Origin: an uncultured Pirellulales bacterium
GTDB lineage: Bacteria > Planctomycetota > Phycisphaerae > Sedimentisphaerales > SM23-30
DNA: 64,000 nt
Reading direction: 5' to 3'
Assembly: GCA_964482555.1 (NCBI GenBank)
Contig: CAYZXY010000013.1
Location: 1,225 to 65,224 of the forward strand
Made by a program: the position numbers and the translations under genes. This document shows positions 21,184 to 30,779 of the stretch, piece after piece (position 1 is the first letter of the stretch; each line of letters begins with the position of its first letter). The notes beneath the pieces were generated by a model. It had not been told where the DNA came from. It was given only the letters and a program-made list of their open reading frames with translations, and searched no databases.

Positions 21184-22614
21184 ATGGCACAGACGGTTAA
21201 GAGTCGAATCGAAGCAGCGGTGAAGAATCTGAAAAATCACAATCAGGAGCATCTGGTTCGATATATGGATGAACTGGATCGCGACCGGCAACTGGCGCTT
21301 TTGGAACAGATCGAGGGGATGGACTTGGATATGCTGGATGAATTGATAGAAGAGTATGTGCTGAAGCAGTCCGAGGTGCATATTCCCGAGCGGATCGATC
21401 CTTGTCCGGTCTATCCGGCGGTTCCCGATGCGGACCAAAAGAATAAATACAAGCAGGCCCGTCAGCGGGGTGAGCGATTGATCGCCGAACATAAAGTCGC
21501 GGTTTTTACGGTAGCCGGGGGGATGGGAACCCGTCTGAATTTTGACGGACCCAAGGGCAATTTTCCGGCTACTCCGGTTCGGAACAAGAGCCTGTTTGAG
21601 GTGTTTGCCGATGGTATCCTCGCCAGTCAGCGGCGATATAATTGCGTCATCCCCTGGTATATCATGACCAGTCCCGCCAATCACGATGCTACCGTGAAAA
21701 GTTTTGCGGCGAATGATTATTTCGGATTGAATCCGGATGATGTGATGCTGTTTCCGCAGGGGATGATGCCCAGTTTTGGATTTGATGGTAAAATACTCCT
21801 GGCGGATCGGCATGAACTGGCAATGTCGCCGGACGGGCATGGCGGTTCGCTGCGGGCCTTGTATAACAGCGGCGCGACGGACGATATGGCTCGTCGCGGC
21901 GTTGAGATCATCAGTTATTTTCAGGTGGATAATCCGCTGGTTTATACGGTCGATCCGTTGTTTATTGGTTTGCATGCCCTGGACAACGCCGAGATGTCCA
22001 GTAAAGCCGTCGTAAAATGCGACCCGCTGGAAAAGGTCGGCAACTTTTCGCTGGTGAACGGCCGGGTGATGGTGATCGAATACAGCGACCTGCCGGACGA
22101 ACTGGCCCATAAGAAAAACGAGAATGGTGAGTTGGTCTTTACCTGGGGAAGTATCGCAATACATATCATCAGCCGTTCGTTTGTGGAGCGGATTAACAAT
22201 AAAGGCTTTTCGCTGCCATGGCACCGGGCGGTCAAAAAGATTCCGTATATCGACGAGAACGGCAATCAGGTCAATCCGGATGAACCCAACGGCGTGAAAC
22301 TGGAGACATTTGTCTTTGATGCGTTGCCGCTGGCGGAGAAATCCATAACGCTGGAGATCAATCGTGAGGAACAATTCGCCCCGATAAAAAACGCCTCGGG
22401 GGTGGACAGCCCGCAAAGCTCGCAGCGGTTACAGATTGAACGGGCGGCTCGATGGCTGGAAGAAGCAGGCGTCGATGTCCCGCGTAAGGCGGACGGCTCC
22501 TGTGATGCCCTGATGGAAATATCCCCTCTGTTTTCGCTTGATCCGGAGGAACTGAAACTGAAAAAGGCGCAATTACGGCCGCTCAAATCGGGCGATATTG
22601 TGTATATTGGATAA
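21184..22614 (+). CDS. UDP-sugar / UDP-N-acetylhexosamine pyrophosphorylase (UDPGP type 1 family)
   Basis: VAGGMGTRLNFDGPKG nucleotide-binding loop, IMTS and PDGHGG motifs. The ATG at 21184 follows a GGGAGA RBS. Confidence 0.8.
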   Translation: MAQTVKSRIEAAVKNLKNHNQEHLVRYMDELDRDRQLALLEQIEGMDLDMLDELIEEYVLKQSEVHIPERIDPCPVYPAVPDADQKNKYKQARQRGERLIAEHKVAVFTVAGGMGTRLNFDGPKGNFPATPVRNKSLFEVFADGILASQRRYNCVIPWYIMTSPANHDATVKSFAANDYFGLNPDDVMLFPQGMMPSFGFDGKILLADRHELAMSPDGHGGSLRALYNSGATDDMARRGVEIISYFQVDNPLVYTVDPLFIGLHALDNAEMSSKAVVKCDPLEKVGNFSLVNGRVMVIEYSDLPDELAHKKNENGELVFTWGSIAIHIISRSFVERINNKGFSLPWHRAVKKIPYIDENGNQVNPDEPNGVKLETFVFDALPLAEKSITLEINREEQFAPIKNASGVDSPQSSQRLQIERAARWLEEAGVDVPRKADGSCDALMEISPLFSLDPEELKLKKAQLRPLKSGDIVYIG

Positions 22615-22671
22615 AAAAACAGCGGTCAAAAACCATACTTTTTTTGAAAATACTTTGCCTGAAATCGCGTC

Positions 22672-22776
22672 TATACCCGGTTGGGGAGAAAGCTTCCGGC
22701 AGGGCCGTTCGTAAGCTCTTCATCCGCAGATAATGACGTTCCGACAAAACGGATGTTTTCCATCGGAACGAGTATA
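22672..22776 (-). repeat. family-1 interspersed repeat, reverse orientation
   Basis: TATACCCGGTTGGGGAGAAAGCTTCCGGCAGGGCC...CGTTCCGACAAAACGGATGTTTTCCATCGGAACGAGTATA. Hairpin 1 is a perfect 8 bp. Confidence 0.9.
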
Positions 22777-22838
22777 TAAAAGAGTGATTTGTTTATACAT
22801 GTGTCGTAATGAAAACGCATTCAGGGAAGGGTTGAATT

Positions 22839-23384
22839 ATGAAGAGGTGTGCTGTACTTATGATCGGACTTTTTCTGGTTGCCCAACAGGGAGTGTCGGC
22901 AGATATACAGGAGGGGGATCTGCTCTTGAATCTTTCTGCCGGTTTTTCCGAGACCGAATACAAACTGATCGGTCGGGAAGAAGACAATGTTACGTTCATG
23001 ATCGGGGTGGAGTATTTCTTCTCGGATGCTTTTTCGCTGGGCATTCACGGTGCTCGCGACCACAGTGAACGGGATTTCGTCGAAAAAACGGGCTATTACC
23101 TGGGGATGGATTTCAAGTACCATTTCACGACGAGCCCGCTGGCGCCCTATTTCGGCGCCCAGATTAACTATGTCCGGGCAGATATTGACTATGACGGTTT
23201 TCTATTTCTCGATGATGATGAGGTGGGCGGGTTCATGTGGGGGCCGATTCTGGGCGTGAAATTTGACGTCAGCGAATATGTACTCCTGTTCTACGAGTAT
23301 CACTACCGCTCTTATGCCGGCGATATCGAGGATCATCTCGATGAAGAAAATAACCATATGGTGGGTGTGGCGTTTCGGTTTTGA
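22839..23384 (+). CDS. small outer-membrane beta-barrel protein
   Basis: Signal peptide MKRCAVLMIGLFLVAQQGVSA, an alternating amphipathic pattern, and a C-terminal ...VGVAFRF ending in Phe. Confidence 0.7.
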   Translation: MKRCAVLMIGLFLVAQQGVSADIQEGDLLLNLSAGFSETEYKLIGREEDNVTFMIGVEYFFSDAFSLGIHGARDHSERDFVEKTGYYLGMDFKYHFTTSPLAPYFGAQINYVRADIDYDGFLFLDDDEVGGFMWGPILGVKFDVSEYVLLFYEYHYRSYAGDIEDHLDEENNHMVGVAFRF

Positions 23385-23444
23385 AGATTCATTATTTAGA
23401 CAAAATCCGGATATAATTGTAATCAGCCATTCGTTATGCTAAAA

Positions 23445-23549
23445 TATGCTAAATCGGGTTGAAAGCTCCGGACAGGGCCGGGCGTAAGCTTTTTATCCGC
23501 AAATAATGACGTTCCGACAAAACGGGTGTTTTTATTCGGAACAAGCATG
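23445..23549 (-). repeat. family-1 interspersed repeat, reverse orientation
   Basis: TATGCTAAATCGGGTTGAAAGCTCCGGACAGGGCCGGGCGTAAGCTTTTTATCCGC...TTCGGAACAAGCAT. Confidence 0.85.
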
Positions 23550-23635
23550 CAATACCGCGGGTAGAATTGGATGAACCGGCGGGTATGGCATGAATTTGAC
23601 TCGTATAACTTTCTGTTCTTAAAGGATTTATTATT

Positions 23636-25186
23636 ATGGGTTATCAGGAGCAGGCGGGCAACGGCAAACGGCCGGAACCGTTCTCGCTGGTTATTTTCGG
23701 CGCGTCGGGCGATCTGACAAGGCGGAAGCTCGTGCCGGCGGTATTTAATTTGCATTGCGAGGGATTGTTGCCGGAGCAATTTTCTGTAATTGGTTTTGCA
23801 CGGCGCGAGAAAACAGATGATGAATTTCGAAGTGAGCTGCTGGAGGCCATGCAGGAATTGTTCCCTGACCGCGGGTTCGATGTGCAGCGATGGGAGAGTT
23901 TCGCCCGAAATATCTATTATCATCAATCAACGTTTGAAGATTCGGAAGGTTATGATAATCTCCGTTGCAAGCTGATAGAACTGTCAGCTCAACCGGATTG
24001 TCCAGGCAATTGTCTGTATTATCTCTCTACGCAGCCTCGCTATTTCCCTACGATTGTACATCATCTCAGCCTTGCCGGCCTGCATCAGGAAGAAAAAGGT
24101 AAATGCTGGTCACGGATGATTGTGGAAAAGCCTTTCGGCCATGATCTGGTTTCGGCCCGGCAGTTGAACGCCCAGATCAAGCAGGTCTTTAACGAAGGGC
24201 AAATTTACCGCATCGATCATTATCTGGGTAAAGAGACGGTTCAGAACATTCTGGTCTTGCGGTTTGCCAACAGCATTTTCGAACCGCTTTGGAATCATAA
24301 ATATATCGATCATGTCCAGATCACGGTAAGCGAATCGGTAGGCGTCGGGACGCGGGGGGCGTTTTATGAAGGTGCGGGCGCTTTACGGGACATTGTCCAG
24401 AACCACATGATGCAGCTTTTGGCGCTCGTGGCGATGGAACCGCCTTATTCGCTCAAGGCGGATGTCATCCGCGAAGAGAAGCTCCAGGTCATCAAGGCCC
24501 TGCGGCCGATTCCCTGGGTGTGCGGCGAAAACGGCGTCATCCGGGCCCAATATACCGCCGGCGAGATGGATGGCCTGCCGGTGCCCGGCTATACCGGGGA
24601 AGAGGGCGTTGCCGCTGATTCCGCGACCGAGACGTTTATCGCGTTTAAGGCGATGATCGATAACTGGCGCTGGTCGGGCGTGCCGTTTTATTTACGGACG
24701 GGAAAGCGCATGCCGGTGCGGATTACGGAGATTGGGATTCATTTTAAAGACGTGCCGCGGGTGCTGTTTAATGAGACCAATGCGATGGCGCAGAATATCC
24801 TGACGATGCGGATTCAGCCGCGGGAAGGGATCAATTTACGGTTTCAGGCGAAGGTGCCTGGCCCGGCGCTGAATATCAAACCGTGCCAGATGCATTTCGG
24901 TTATGCTGAAGGTTTCGGCAAGGAGCCGCCCGAGGCCTATGAACGGTTGCTGCTGGATGCGGCGGTGGGTGATGCCACGCTGTTCACGCGGAGCGATGAG
25001 GTCGAGGCGGCATGGGAATTTCTCGAACCTGTCATCAAGGGTTGCGAGGGATATCCGGGCCATCTGATGCCCAAATACCCGGCCGGAAGCTGGGGCCCCA
25101 AAGAAGCCGACGAGATCATCCAGGCCGATGGGTATGAATGGTATGTCTCCCGGCAACCCAAACGCAAAGAAATCGTGTATGAATAA
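23636..25186 (+). CDS. zwf: glucose-6-phosphate 1-dehydrogenase
   Basis: GASGDLTRRKL NADP loop and the RIDHYLGKE active-site motif. Confidence 0.95.
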   Translation: MGYQEQAGNGKRPEPFSLVIFGASGDLTRRKLVPAVFNLHCEGLLPEQFSVIGFARREKTDDEFRSELLEAMQELFPDRGFDVQRWESFARNIYYHQSTFEDSEGYDNLRCKLIELSAQPDCPGNCLYYLSTQPRYFPTIVHHLSLAGLHQEEKGKCWSRMIVEKPFGHDLVSARQLNAQIKQVFNEGQIYRIDHYLGKETVQNILVLRFANSIFEPLWNHKYIDHVQITVSESVGVGTRGAFYEGAGALRDIVQNHMMQLLALVAMEPPYSLKADVIREEKLQVIKALRPIPWVCGENGVIRAQYTAGEMDGLPVPGYTGEEGVAADSATETFIAFKAMIDNWRWSGVPFYLRTGKRMPVRITEIGIHFKDVPRVLFNETNAMAQNILTMRIQPREGINLRFQAKVPGPALNIKPCQMHFGYAEGFGKEPPEAYERLLLDAAVGDATLFTRSDEVEAAWEFLEPVIKGCEGYPGHLMPKYPAGSWGPKEADEIIQADGYEWYVSRQPKRKEIVYE

Positions 25187-25248
25187 CAGTGACGCGGGAC
25201 ATCCTCTATTCCTTCTGGACATAACTTCCAGCATCATAAGGAAACAAT

Positions 25249-25743
25249 ATGCTTATTGGCATTGTAACAGACAGTCATGACCATCATACCAATGTGCTCA
25301 AAGCCGTGGAGATTCTTAAGGACAATAACGTTGATGTGGTGCTGCATGCCGGTGATATTATTTCGCCCTTTACCGCCAATGCGTTTAAAGAGGCCGCCCC
25401 GGCGCGATTGATCGCGGTGTACGGCAACAACGATGGTGAGAAGATGCACCTGAAAAGCACGATCATTGGCATGGGCGGCGAAATTCACGAATACAGCTAT
25501 AAGGGCGAACTGGCCGGCAAATCGTTTTATATGACTCATGTTCCTGATTCGATTGAGGAAGTCATCAAAAGCCAGGCGTACGATGTCGTCGTTTACGGCC
25601 ATACGCATAAGCAGGACATTCGCCAGGAAGGCAAAACGCTCGTCATCAATCCCGGTGAACTGACAGACTGGATTACCGGATCCTCATCTCTGGTTCTGCT
25701 GGATACCGCCGATATGTCCTGGCAGGTTTTCGCGGTTTCGTGA
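25249..25743 (+). CDS. YfcE/MJ0936-family metallophosphoesterase
   Basis: DSHDH, HAGD, GNNDGE and GHTH motifs in the canonical order. Confidence 0.85.
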   Translation: MLIGIVTDSHDHHTNVLKAVEILKDNNVDVVLHAGDIISPFTANAFKEAAPARLIAVYGNNDGEKMHLKSTIIGMGGEIHEYSYKGELAGKSFYMTHVPDSIEEVIKSQAYDVVVYGHTHKQDIRQEGKTLVINPGELTDWITGSSSLVLLDTADMSWQVFAVS

Positions 25744-25763
25744 TCGCCATATATCCCTTTAAC

Positions 25764-25782
25764 CCCCGACGTGTAGTCGGGG
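25764..25782 (+). other. post-stop hairpin motif CCCCGAC-GTGTA-GTCGGGG
   Basis: 7-bp stem located 21 nt after the stop at 25743. The same arms recur at 44531-44551. No U tract follows. Confidence 0.5.
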
Positions 25783-25790
25783 TATCATAA

Positions 25791-25895
25791 TATACTCGTT
25801 CCCATTGAAAAGACCTGTGTTGTCAGAACGTCATTATGTGCGGATACAAAGCTTACGCCCGGCCCGGCCCGGAGCTTGCTGCCCGATTGGGTATA
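25791..25895 (+). repeat. family-1 interspersed repeat, forward orientation
   Basis: TATACTCGTTCCCATTGAAAAGACC...GCTTACGCCCGGCCCGGCCCGGAGCTTGCTGCCCGATTGGGTATA. Confidence 0.9.
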
Positions 25896-25989
25896 TTCTC
25901 AATTATCTGCGCCGATTGTAAACGGTCCGGCCACCCGCGAAAAGAAAAAATATGATGAGCCTGGCCCCCGGAGATGGTATAGTATCTGC

Positions 25990-26154
25990 ATGACGATAGA
26001 AATCACTTTTCTGGGCACGGGCACCAGCCAGGGCATCCCGATGATCGGCTGCGACTGCCAGGTCTGCCGGGCGGACGGGACGGCGTGGCCGAGTGCGTAT
26101 CCGAGTTTTGTGGAGGCGCGGGCGGCGGCGTATAATTTTTGGAGCTGGCAGTGA
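25990..26154 (+). pseudogene. truncated MBL-fold (PhnP-like) hydrolase remnant
   Basis: MTIEITFLGTGTSQGIPMIGCDCQVCR matches the N-terminus of about-250-aa MBL-fold hydrolases. Similarity is lost after about 26068, and the frame stops at 26154. Confidence 0.45.
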
Positions 26155-26463
26155 AGCAGACGCTTGCGTTTTTCGAGCCGGTGTGGTCGCATCTGCTGGA
26201 GAGGTGCGCGGGGACAATGGCGGAGGCGCTGCGGGTGTATATGGGGTTGCGGTATGGGATGAGCCTGGCGGGTCGGGAGCGGTTGAAGGGTACGAGTTGA
26301 AAGTTGGGGGTAATAGGTTATCATGGCAAGTTATAGGTTATAAGGCGGTGGTGCCGATGAAGTCTGGCCCAGATGTGTGACGAGTGATGAGTGACAAGAT
26401 TAAGTTCATTTGTTGGTGTGGGCATGGCCCACACTACTTTTACTTATTTAAGGAAGATATATC

Positions 26464-27153
26464 ATGTATAAGAATACGTATCACATCGCAGTCATAGTTG
26501 TTATATTGGGAGTCTGTTTCGAGACTGGGTGCCAAAACGCCCGGAACGGTCAGGAGCCGCGGGTGTCGAATAGTGCCACGCCGGCCCCGGATACGCAATA
26601 TGCCGAAACCAGCAAAATGAAACCAGCAAAAGATAAGGTCAAATCCATGAGTACACCAAAAGTTATTATCAAAACGACTATGGGCAATATAGCCCTGGAA
26701 CTGTATCCCGACAAAGCTCCGATAACCGTTGCGAATTTCCTCAAATATGTCGAGGATGATTTTTACAAAGACACCATTTTTCACCGCGTCATACCCGGCT
26801 TTATGATTCAAGGCGGCGGTTTGACAGTGGATATGCAGAAAAAACCCACCAGCGATCCGATAAAAAATGAAGCCGACAATGGCCTGCCCAACGTACGCGG
26901 TACCATTGCCATGGCCCGGCTGCCCATGCCCGACAGTGCGACCAGTCAGTTCTTCATTAATGTGAAGGACAATAAAAATCTGGATTATCAGAGTCCAGCC
27001 AATCCGGGCTATGCCGTCTTTGGTAAGGTAATTGAAGGCATGGACGTGGTTGATGAAATTGTAGGCGTGCCGACAACGACTACGCCGCCGCACCGGGATG
27101 TGCCGGTCGAACCGATTAGTATTGAATCGGTTTCCGTTATGTCTGACAAATAA
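26464..27153 (+). CDS. cyclophilin-type peptidyl-prolyl cis-trans isomerase, secreted/lipoprotein
   Basis: FHRVIPGFMIQGGG and SQFFIN motifs. N-terminal hydrophobic segment with Cys. Confidence 0.9.
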   Translation: MYKNTYHIAVIVVILGVCFETGCQNARNGQEPRVSNSATPAPDTQYAETSKMKPAKDKVKSMSTPKVIIKTTMGNIALELYPDKAPITVANFLKYVEDDFYKDTIFHRVIPGFMIQGGGLTVDMQKKPTSDPIKNEADNGLPNVRGTIAMARLPMPDSATSQFFINVKDNKNLDYQSPANPGYAVFGKVIEGMDVVDEIVGVPTTTTPPHRDVPVEPISIESVSVMSDK

Positions 27154-27334
27154 GCTAAGATGGCTGGGTTATATGTGTCGTTGATGTGACATTTGACGCT
27201 GGTTATCAGAGCTTGTGAGTTAATAGGCCATCGAATTTGAGTTTCTGCTGGCTTTTTTAGCTGAAGCTTGAGAGCGAAACCGGCGGCTCCGATAATATAT
27301 ATATATTCATAACCCGTTTTTATAAAACAAGTTA

Positions 27335-27360
27335 CCTCGGGATATTCCCGGGGTTTTTTT
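27335..27360 (+). terminator. strong rho-independent terminator 180 nt downstream of the PPIase gene
   Basis: Stem CCTCGGGA/TCCCGGGG (one G.U pair), loop TAT, followed by 7 T. Confidence 0.7.
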
Positions 27361-27546
27361 GGGTCAGGACCACCGTTTCTCCGGGGTAAATTATTTGGGA
27401 GTAAAGTTTTATATTTAAGTCAGAATTTAAGTTGACAGGGGGGCAAGTCGATAGATAAGATAGGAAGTATGGATAAGGGAGAAAATATAGGCTAATGTAA
27501 ACGTCTATAATGATTTTTTAAAATTTGTATTGATTGAGGTAGAGTT

Positions 27547-28113
27547 ATGAAAAATGTGTATTCTACCGGTGAAGCGGCAGCCATTTGTAAAATCAGCCAG
27601 CAGACTGTCATCAGATGCTTCGACTCAGGTCGCTTGCAGGGATTTCGGGTGCCGGGGTCGCGATTCCGGCGTATCCCGCGCGAGAGCCTGATCAAGTTTA
27701 TGAAGGATAATGAAATCCCGCTGGATAATCTGGAATCCGGCCGCAACAAGGTGCTGGTCGTAGATGACGATCCTGAAATCGTCGAACTGATGGTCGATGT
27801 GCTGGAGCGCGACGGCCGTTTTGAGGTCAAGACCGCTTCAAGCGGTTATGACGCCGGTGTGCTGACGCAGGAATTCCGGCCGGACCTGATGATTCTTGAT
27901 TACATGCTGCCCGATGTCAATGGTAACGTGGTTTGCAAGACCATCCGGCAGAATCCCATGTTCGAGCACATGAAAATCATTATCGTCAGCGGTGTGGTCA
28001 ACCGGGATGAAATTGATCATCTCCTGCAGGTCGGCGCTGATGCATTTTTACAGAAGCCTTTCAGTATTGACGATCTTATTAATAATATGTCAGACTTGCT
28101 CGCATTAGCCTGA
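27547..28113 (+). CDS. response regulator with N-terminal excisionase/MerR-type HTH and C-terminal receiver domain
   Basis: HTH_17-like YSTGEAAAICKISQQTVIRCFDSGRLQGFRVPGSRFRRI. Receiver motifs VLVVDDD...DLMILDYMLPDVNG...K. Confidence 0.8.
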   Translation: MKNVYSTGEAAAICKISQQTVIRCFDSGRLQGFRVPGSRFRRIPRESLIKFMKDNEIPLDNLESGRNKVLVVDDDPEIVELMVDVLERDGRFEVKTASSGYDAGVLTQEFRPDLMILDYMLPDVNGNVVCKTIRQNPMFEHMKIIIVSGVVNRDEIDHLLQVGADAFLQKPFSIDDLINNMSDLLALA

Positions 28114-28207
28114 CCCGGAAAATCTCAAAATTTGAATTACGAATCCGAATGACATATTGCGACAAAAACAGCAACAGGCCATCTCAGCAGGGGGGTTCGG
28201 TACGCAA

Positions 28208-30508
28208 ATGAATCAAACTAGCTCAGCATTATCTAAAAGCAAAAAGATCGAACTGGTTATCCAGCAGCTCAATACGCTGCCGACGCTGCCGTCTGTAGCG
28301 GCCCGGCTTTTGCAGATTACCGTTCGCAGCGATACGCAGGCGACGGAGGTGGTCCAGTTGATCGAGTCGGATCCAGCGCTGGCAAGCCGCATCATTGCGC
28401 TGGCGACCCGTGCCAGTACCGGTGTCAGTAAACGTGCCGCCACTCTGAGCAAGGCCGTGGTCTTGCTGGGGTTCGATGCGGTGCGCAACGCGGTTTTAAG
28501 CATTAAGGTGTTTGAGGCGCTGGAACATAATCGCAAAGACGGCGATCAGGTTTTCGACCGGACCGGTTTCTGGAAACACTCGTTGGCGGTCGCCTGTGCC
28601 AGCAAACTGCTGATGCCGCATGTCGATTCTCGGATTGATCCGGAAGAGGCCTTTATCTGCGGCCTGCTGCACGATCTGGGAAAAATCGTTCTGGATACGG
28701 CATTGCCCAAAAGCTTTAACCGCATCGTCCAGTTGACCGAAGCGTCGATGGCGAATATCGCCGATGTGGAGCGGAAGGTTCTGGGAGTCGATCATACCGT
28801 TGTGGGCCGGCGGCTGGCCGAGAAATGGAGTCTGCCGGATTCAATCGTCGAAACGATCTGGCTGCACCATCAATGGATGCAGGGGCTGCCCGAATCTGTC
28901 AACAACGTCTCGATAATTCAAACCGTGAAACTGGCAGACTCATTGGTCCGTCAGCAGCGAATCGGTTATTCCGGTAATCATGCCATGAGTGAAACGGCTG
29001 AGGAACAGGCCGCCGCTATCGGCTGTCCGCGGACGGTCCTGGAAGAAGTCGCCCGGCAGTTGCCTGAAGCGATAAGCGAACGGGCCTGCTTCATGGGACT
29101 CGATGAAATCGAACCGGAAGATCTGTATTTTGACGCTCTGGGTGAAGCTAATACTGAGCTGGGCCGGCTTAACAATAAACTGCAGGAACAGAACAAGCGT
29201 TTACAGATTCGCAGCCGTTACCTCGACCTGCTGGGCAAACTGGATGAATCGATTCAGGCCGGCCATACTGTCTGCGATGTCTGTTCGCTGGTCTGTCGGT
29301 TGTGGGGCGAGCATAGCAACGCCCAGTGCTGTGCGGTATATTCTTATGGCCCTAATGATGTAACCATCGAAGGGGCGGTTGCTGGTGCGCCACATGAAGA
29401 GCCGACAATCTTTCTCGTCGATCGCGAAGACCAGGGCATTGATGATTATCTCAGCGACCCGCAGACCGATCTACCCAGGGGCTTTGCGGTCGTCCCCGTT
29501 GATGTTACGCATCAATGGTTTTTTGAACAAGTCGGGCCGACGTTTCAGCCGGATATGACCCTGATGATGCCGCTGCGGATGGGAACCGAACTGGTCGGAG
29601 CCATTTTGTGGCAGGACATACAGAGCAATAAGCATTATCAAGATCAGATTAAGGAAATACAGGCTTTCGCGACTGCCGCCGCTCTGGCGATCGCCCAGGC
29701 CCAGAAACAACAGAAACAGAGCCGCTTGTGTGAACAACTCGCCCAGAGCAATCTGAAACTCCATAAGGCCCAGTTAGAAGTCATTCAGAAGCGATGCCTG
29801 GCTGCGGTTGGTGAAATGGCCTGCGGCGCAGCTCACGAAATTAATAATCCGCTCGCCGTTATTGTCGGTCGTTCCCAGTTGCTCGCTTCCGGCGAAGAAG
29901 ACCCCAAACGCAAACAGACACTGGAAAACATCTCGCGACAGGGCGATATTATCTCCGAAATCATCAAGGATCTGCTGGAATTTGCCCGACCGGCCGAACC
30001 GCAGCCTTCGCAGCAGGACGTAGCCGAGGTGGTCCGCAGCGCCACGAACGAAATGCAGGAAAGCGCCCAGGCGGAAAACGTCACGTTCGATATAAACCTC
30101 GAAGACGATCTGCCTGATATTTATGTCGATCAGCAGCAGATTCTGGTCGCTTTGAAAGAACTGTTCTCCAATGCCATCGATGCGTATGAAGGTAACGGCG
30201 GTGAAATTCACATTGGTGGCTATTTCGATGAGGTTGATGAAAATGTGATTATTGAAATTATTGACCGCGGCTGCGGCATGGATAAAGAAACATTGGATAA
30301 GGCGGCCGATCCTTTCTTTTCGGCCAAACAGGCAGGACGCCGTCGCGGATTGGGCTTGAGCCGCTGCATTCGTAATATTGAAGTCAACGGCGGACGCCTG
30401 GCGATGGATAGCGAACCGGGACGGGGAACCCGCGTCCGGATAATCCTACTGGCGGCCATAGGCGACAAATTGCAATGTCTGGAAGAAACGGCAAACGAAT
30501 CGCTTTAG
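28208..30508 (+). CDS. HDOD-domain sensor histidine kinase
   Basis: HDOD region (LPTLPSVAARLLQI...HDLGK), H-box AAHEINNPL, and an HATPase region with DRGCGM and GLGLS. The ORF is open from 28157 (TTG), so the start is uncertain. Confidence 0.8.
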   Translation: MNQTSSALSKSKKIELVIQQLNTLPTLPSVAARLLQITVRSDTQATEVVQLIESDPALASRIIALATRASTGVSKRAATLSKAVVLLGFDAVRNAVLSIKVFEALEHNRKDGDQVFDRTGFWKHSLAVACASKLLMPHVDSRIDPEEAFICGLLHDLGKIVLDTALPKSFNRIVQLTEASMANIADVERKVLGVDHTVVGRRLAEKWSLPDSIVETIWLHHQWMQGLPESVNNVSIIQTVKLADSLVRQQRIGYSGNHAMSETAEEQAAAIGCPRTVLEEVARQLPEAISERACFMGLDEIEPEDLYFDALGEANTELGRLNNKLQEQNKRLQIRSRYLDLLGKLDESIQAGHTVCDVCSLVCRLWGEHSNAQCCAVYSYGPNDVTIEGAVAGAPHEEPTIFLVDREDQGIDDYLSDPQTDLPRGFAVVPVDVTHQWFFEQVGPTFQPDMTLMMPLRMGTELVGAILWQDIQSNKHYQDQIKEIQAFATAAALAIAQAQKQQKQSRLCEQLAQSNLKLHKAQLEVIQKRCLAAVGEMACGAAHEINNPLAVIVGRSQLLASGEEDPKRKQTLENISRQGDIISEIIKDLLEFARPAEPQPSQQDVAEVVRSATNEMQESAQAENVTFDINLEDDLPDIYVDQQQILVALKELFSNAIDAYEGNGGEIHIGGYFDEVDENVIIEIIDRGCGMDKETLDKAADPFFSAKQAGRRRGLGLSRCIRNIEVNGGRLAMDSEPGRGTRVRIILLAAIGDKLQCLEETANESL

Positions 30509-30592
30509 TGTTCCATCTATTCGTAGGATTATTCCCGTAATCGCCGGTCGTAACTGTTCAGAAAAATGGCATCCTTGGCAGTTATTGCATTT

Positions 30593-30696
30593 TATACCCA
30601 TTAGTTAGAAAGCTCCCGGCAGGGCCGGGCGTAAGCTTTTTATCCGCAGATTTATACGTTCCAACTAAACGGGACTTTTCAATCGGAACGAGTATA
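30593..30696 (-). repeat. family-1 interspersed repeat, reverse orientation
   Basis: TATACCCATTAGTTAGAAAGCTCCCGGCAGGGCCGGGCGTAAGCTTTTTATCCGC...CAATCGGAACGAGTATA. Confidence 0.9.
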
Positions 30697-30779
30697 AAAT
30701 AATCAGGCCGCTTTGTGATGCATGATTTGATATCCCTGAGATTATTGCCGATAGCCGGGGGTGAAACAGGAGAAAGATT

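Noticed and set aside
21091-22416. Long antisense ORFs opposite well-supported genes, e.g. 21091-22416(-), 7612-8787(-), 47016-48092(-), 13942-14853(-), 17739-18731(-), 57043-58023(+), 54878-55771(+) and 16317-16838(+).
   Set aside because: Each lies entirely inside a gene with clear family motifs on the other strand, and each has a low-complexity or R/H/P-rich translation. They are shadow ORFs.
22597-22614. The UDP-sugar pyrophosphorylase ends in VYIG-stop, resembling the repeat-encoded VYP(T/I)G-stop tails.
   Set aside because: The DNA (GTGTATATTGGATAA) does not align convincingly with the repeat terminus, and no repeat body follows. It is probably coincidence.
26151-26300. A GTG-initiated ORF (VKQTLAFFEPVWSHLLERCAGTMAEALRVYMGLRYGMSLAGRERLKGTS) as a remnant of an integrase or transposase.
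   Set aside because: It is only about 50 codons, has no RBS and no motif I can place. It is retained only as part of the orphan-segment finding.
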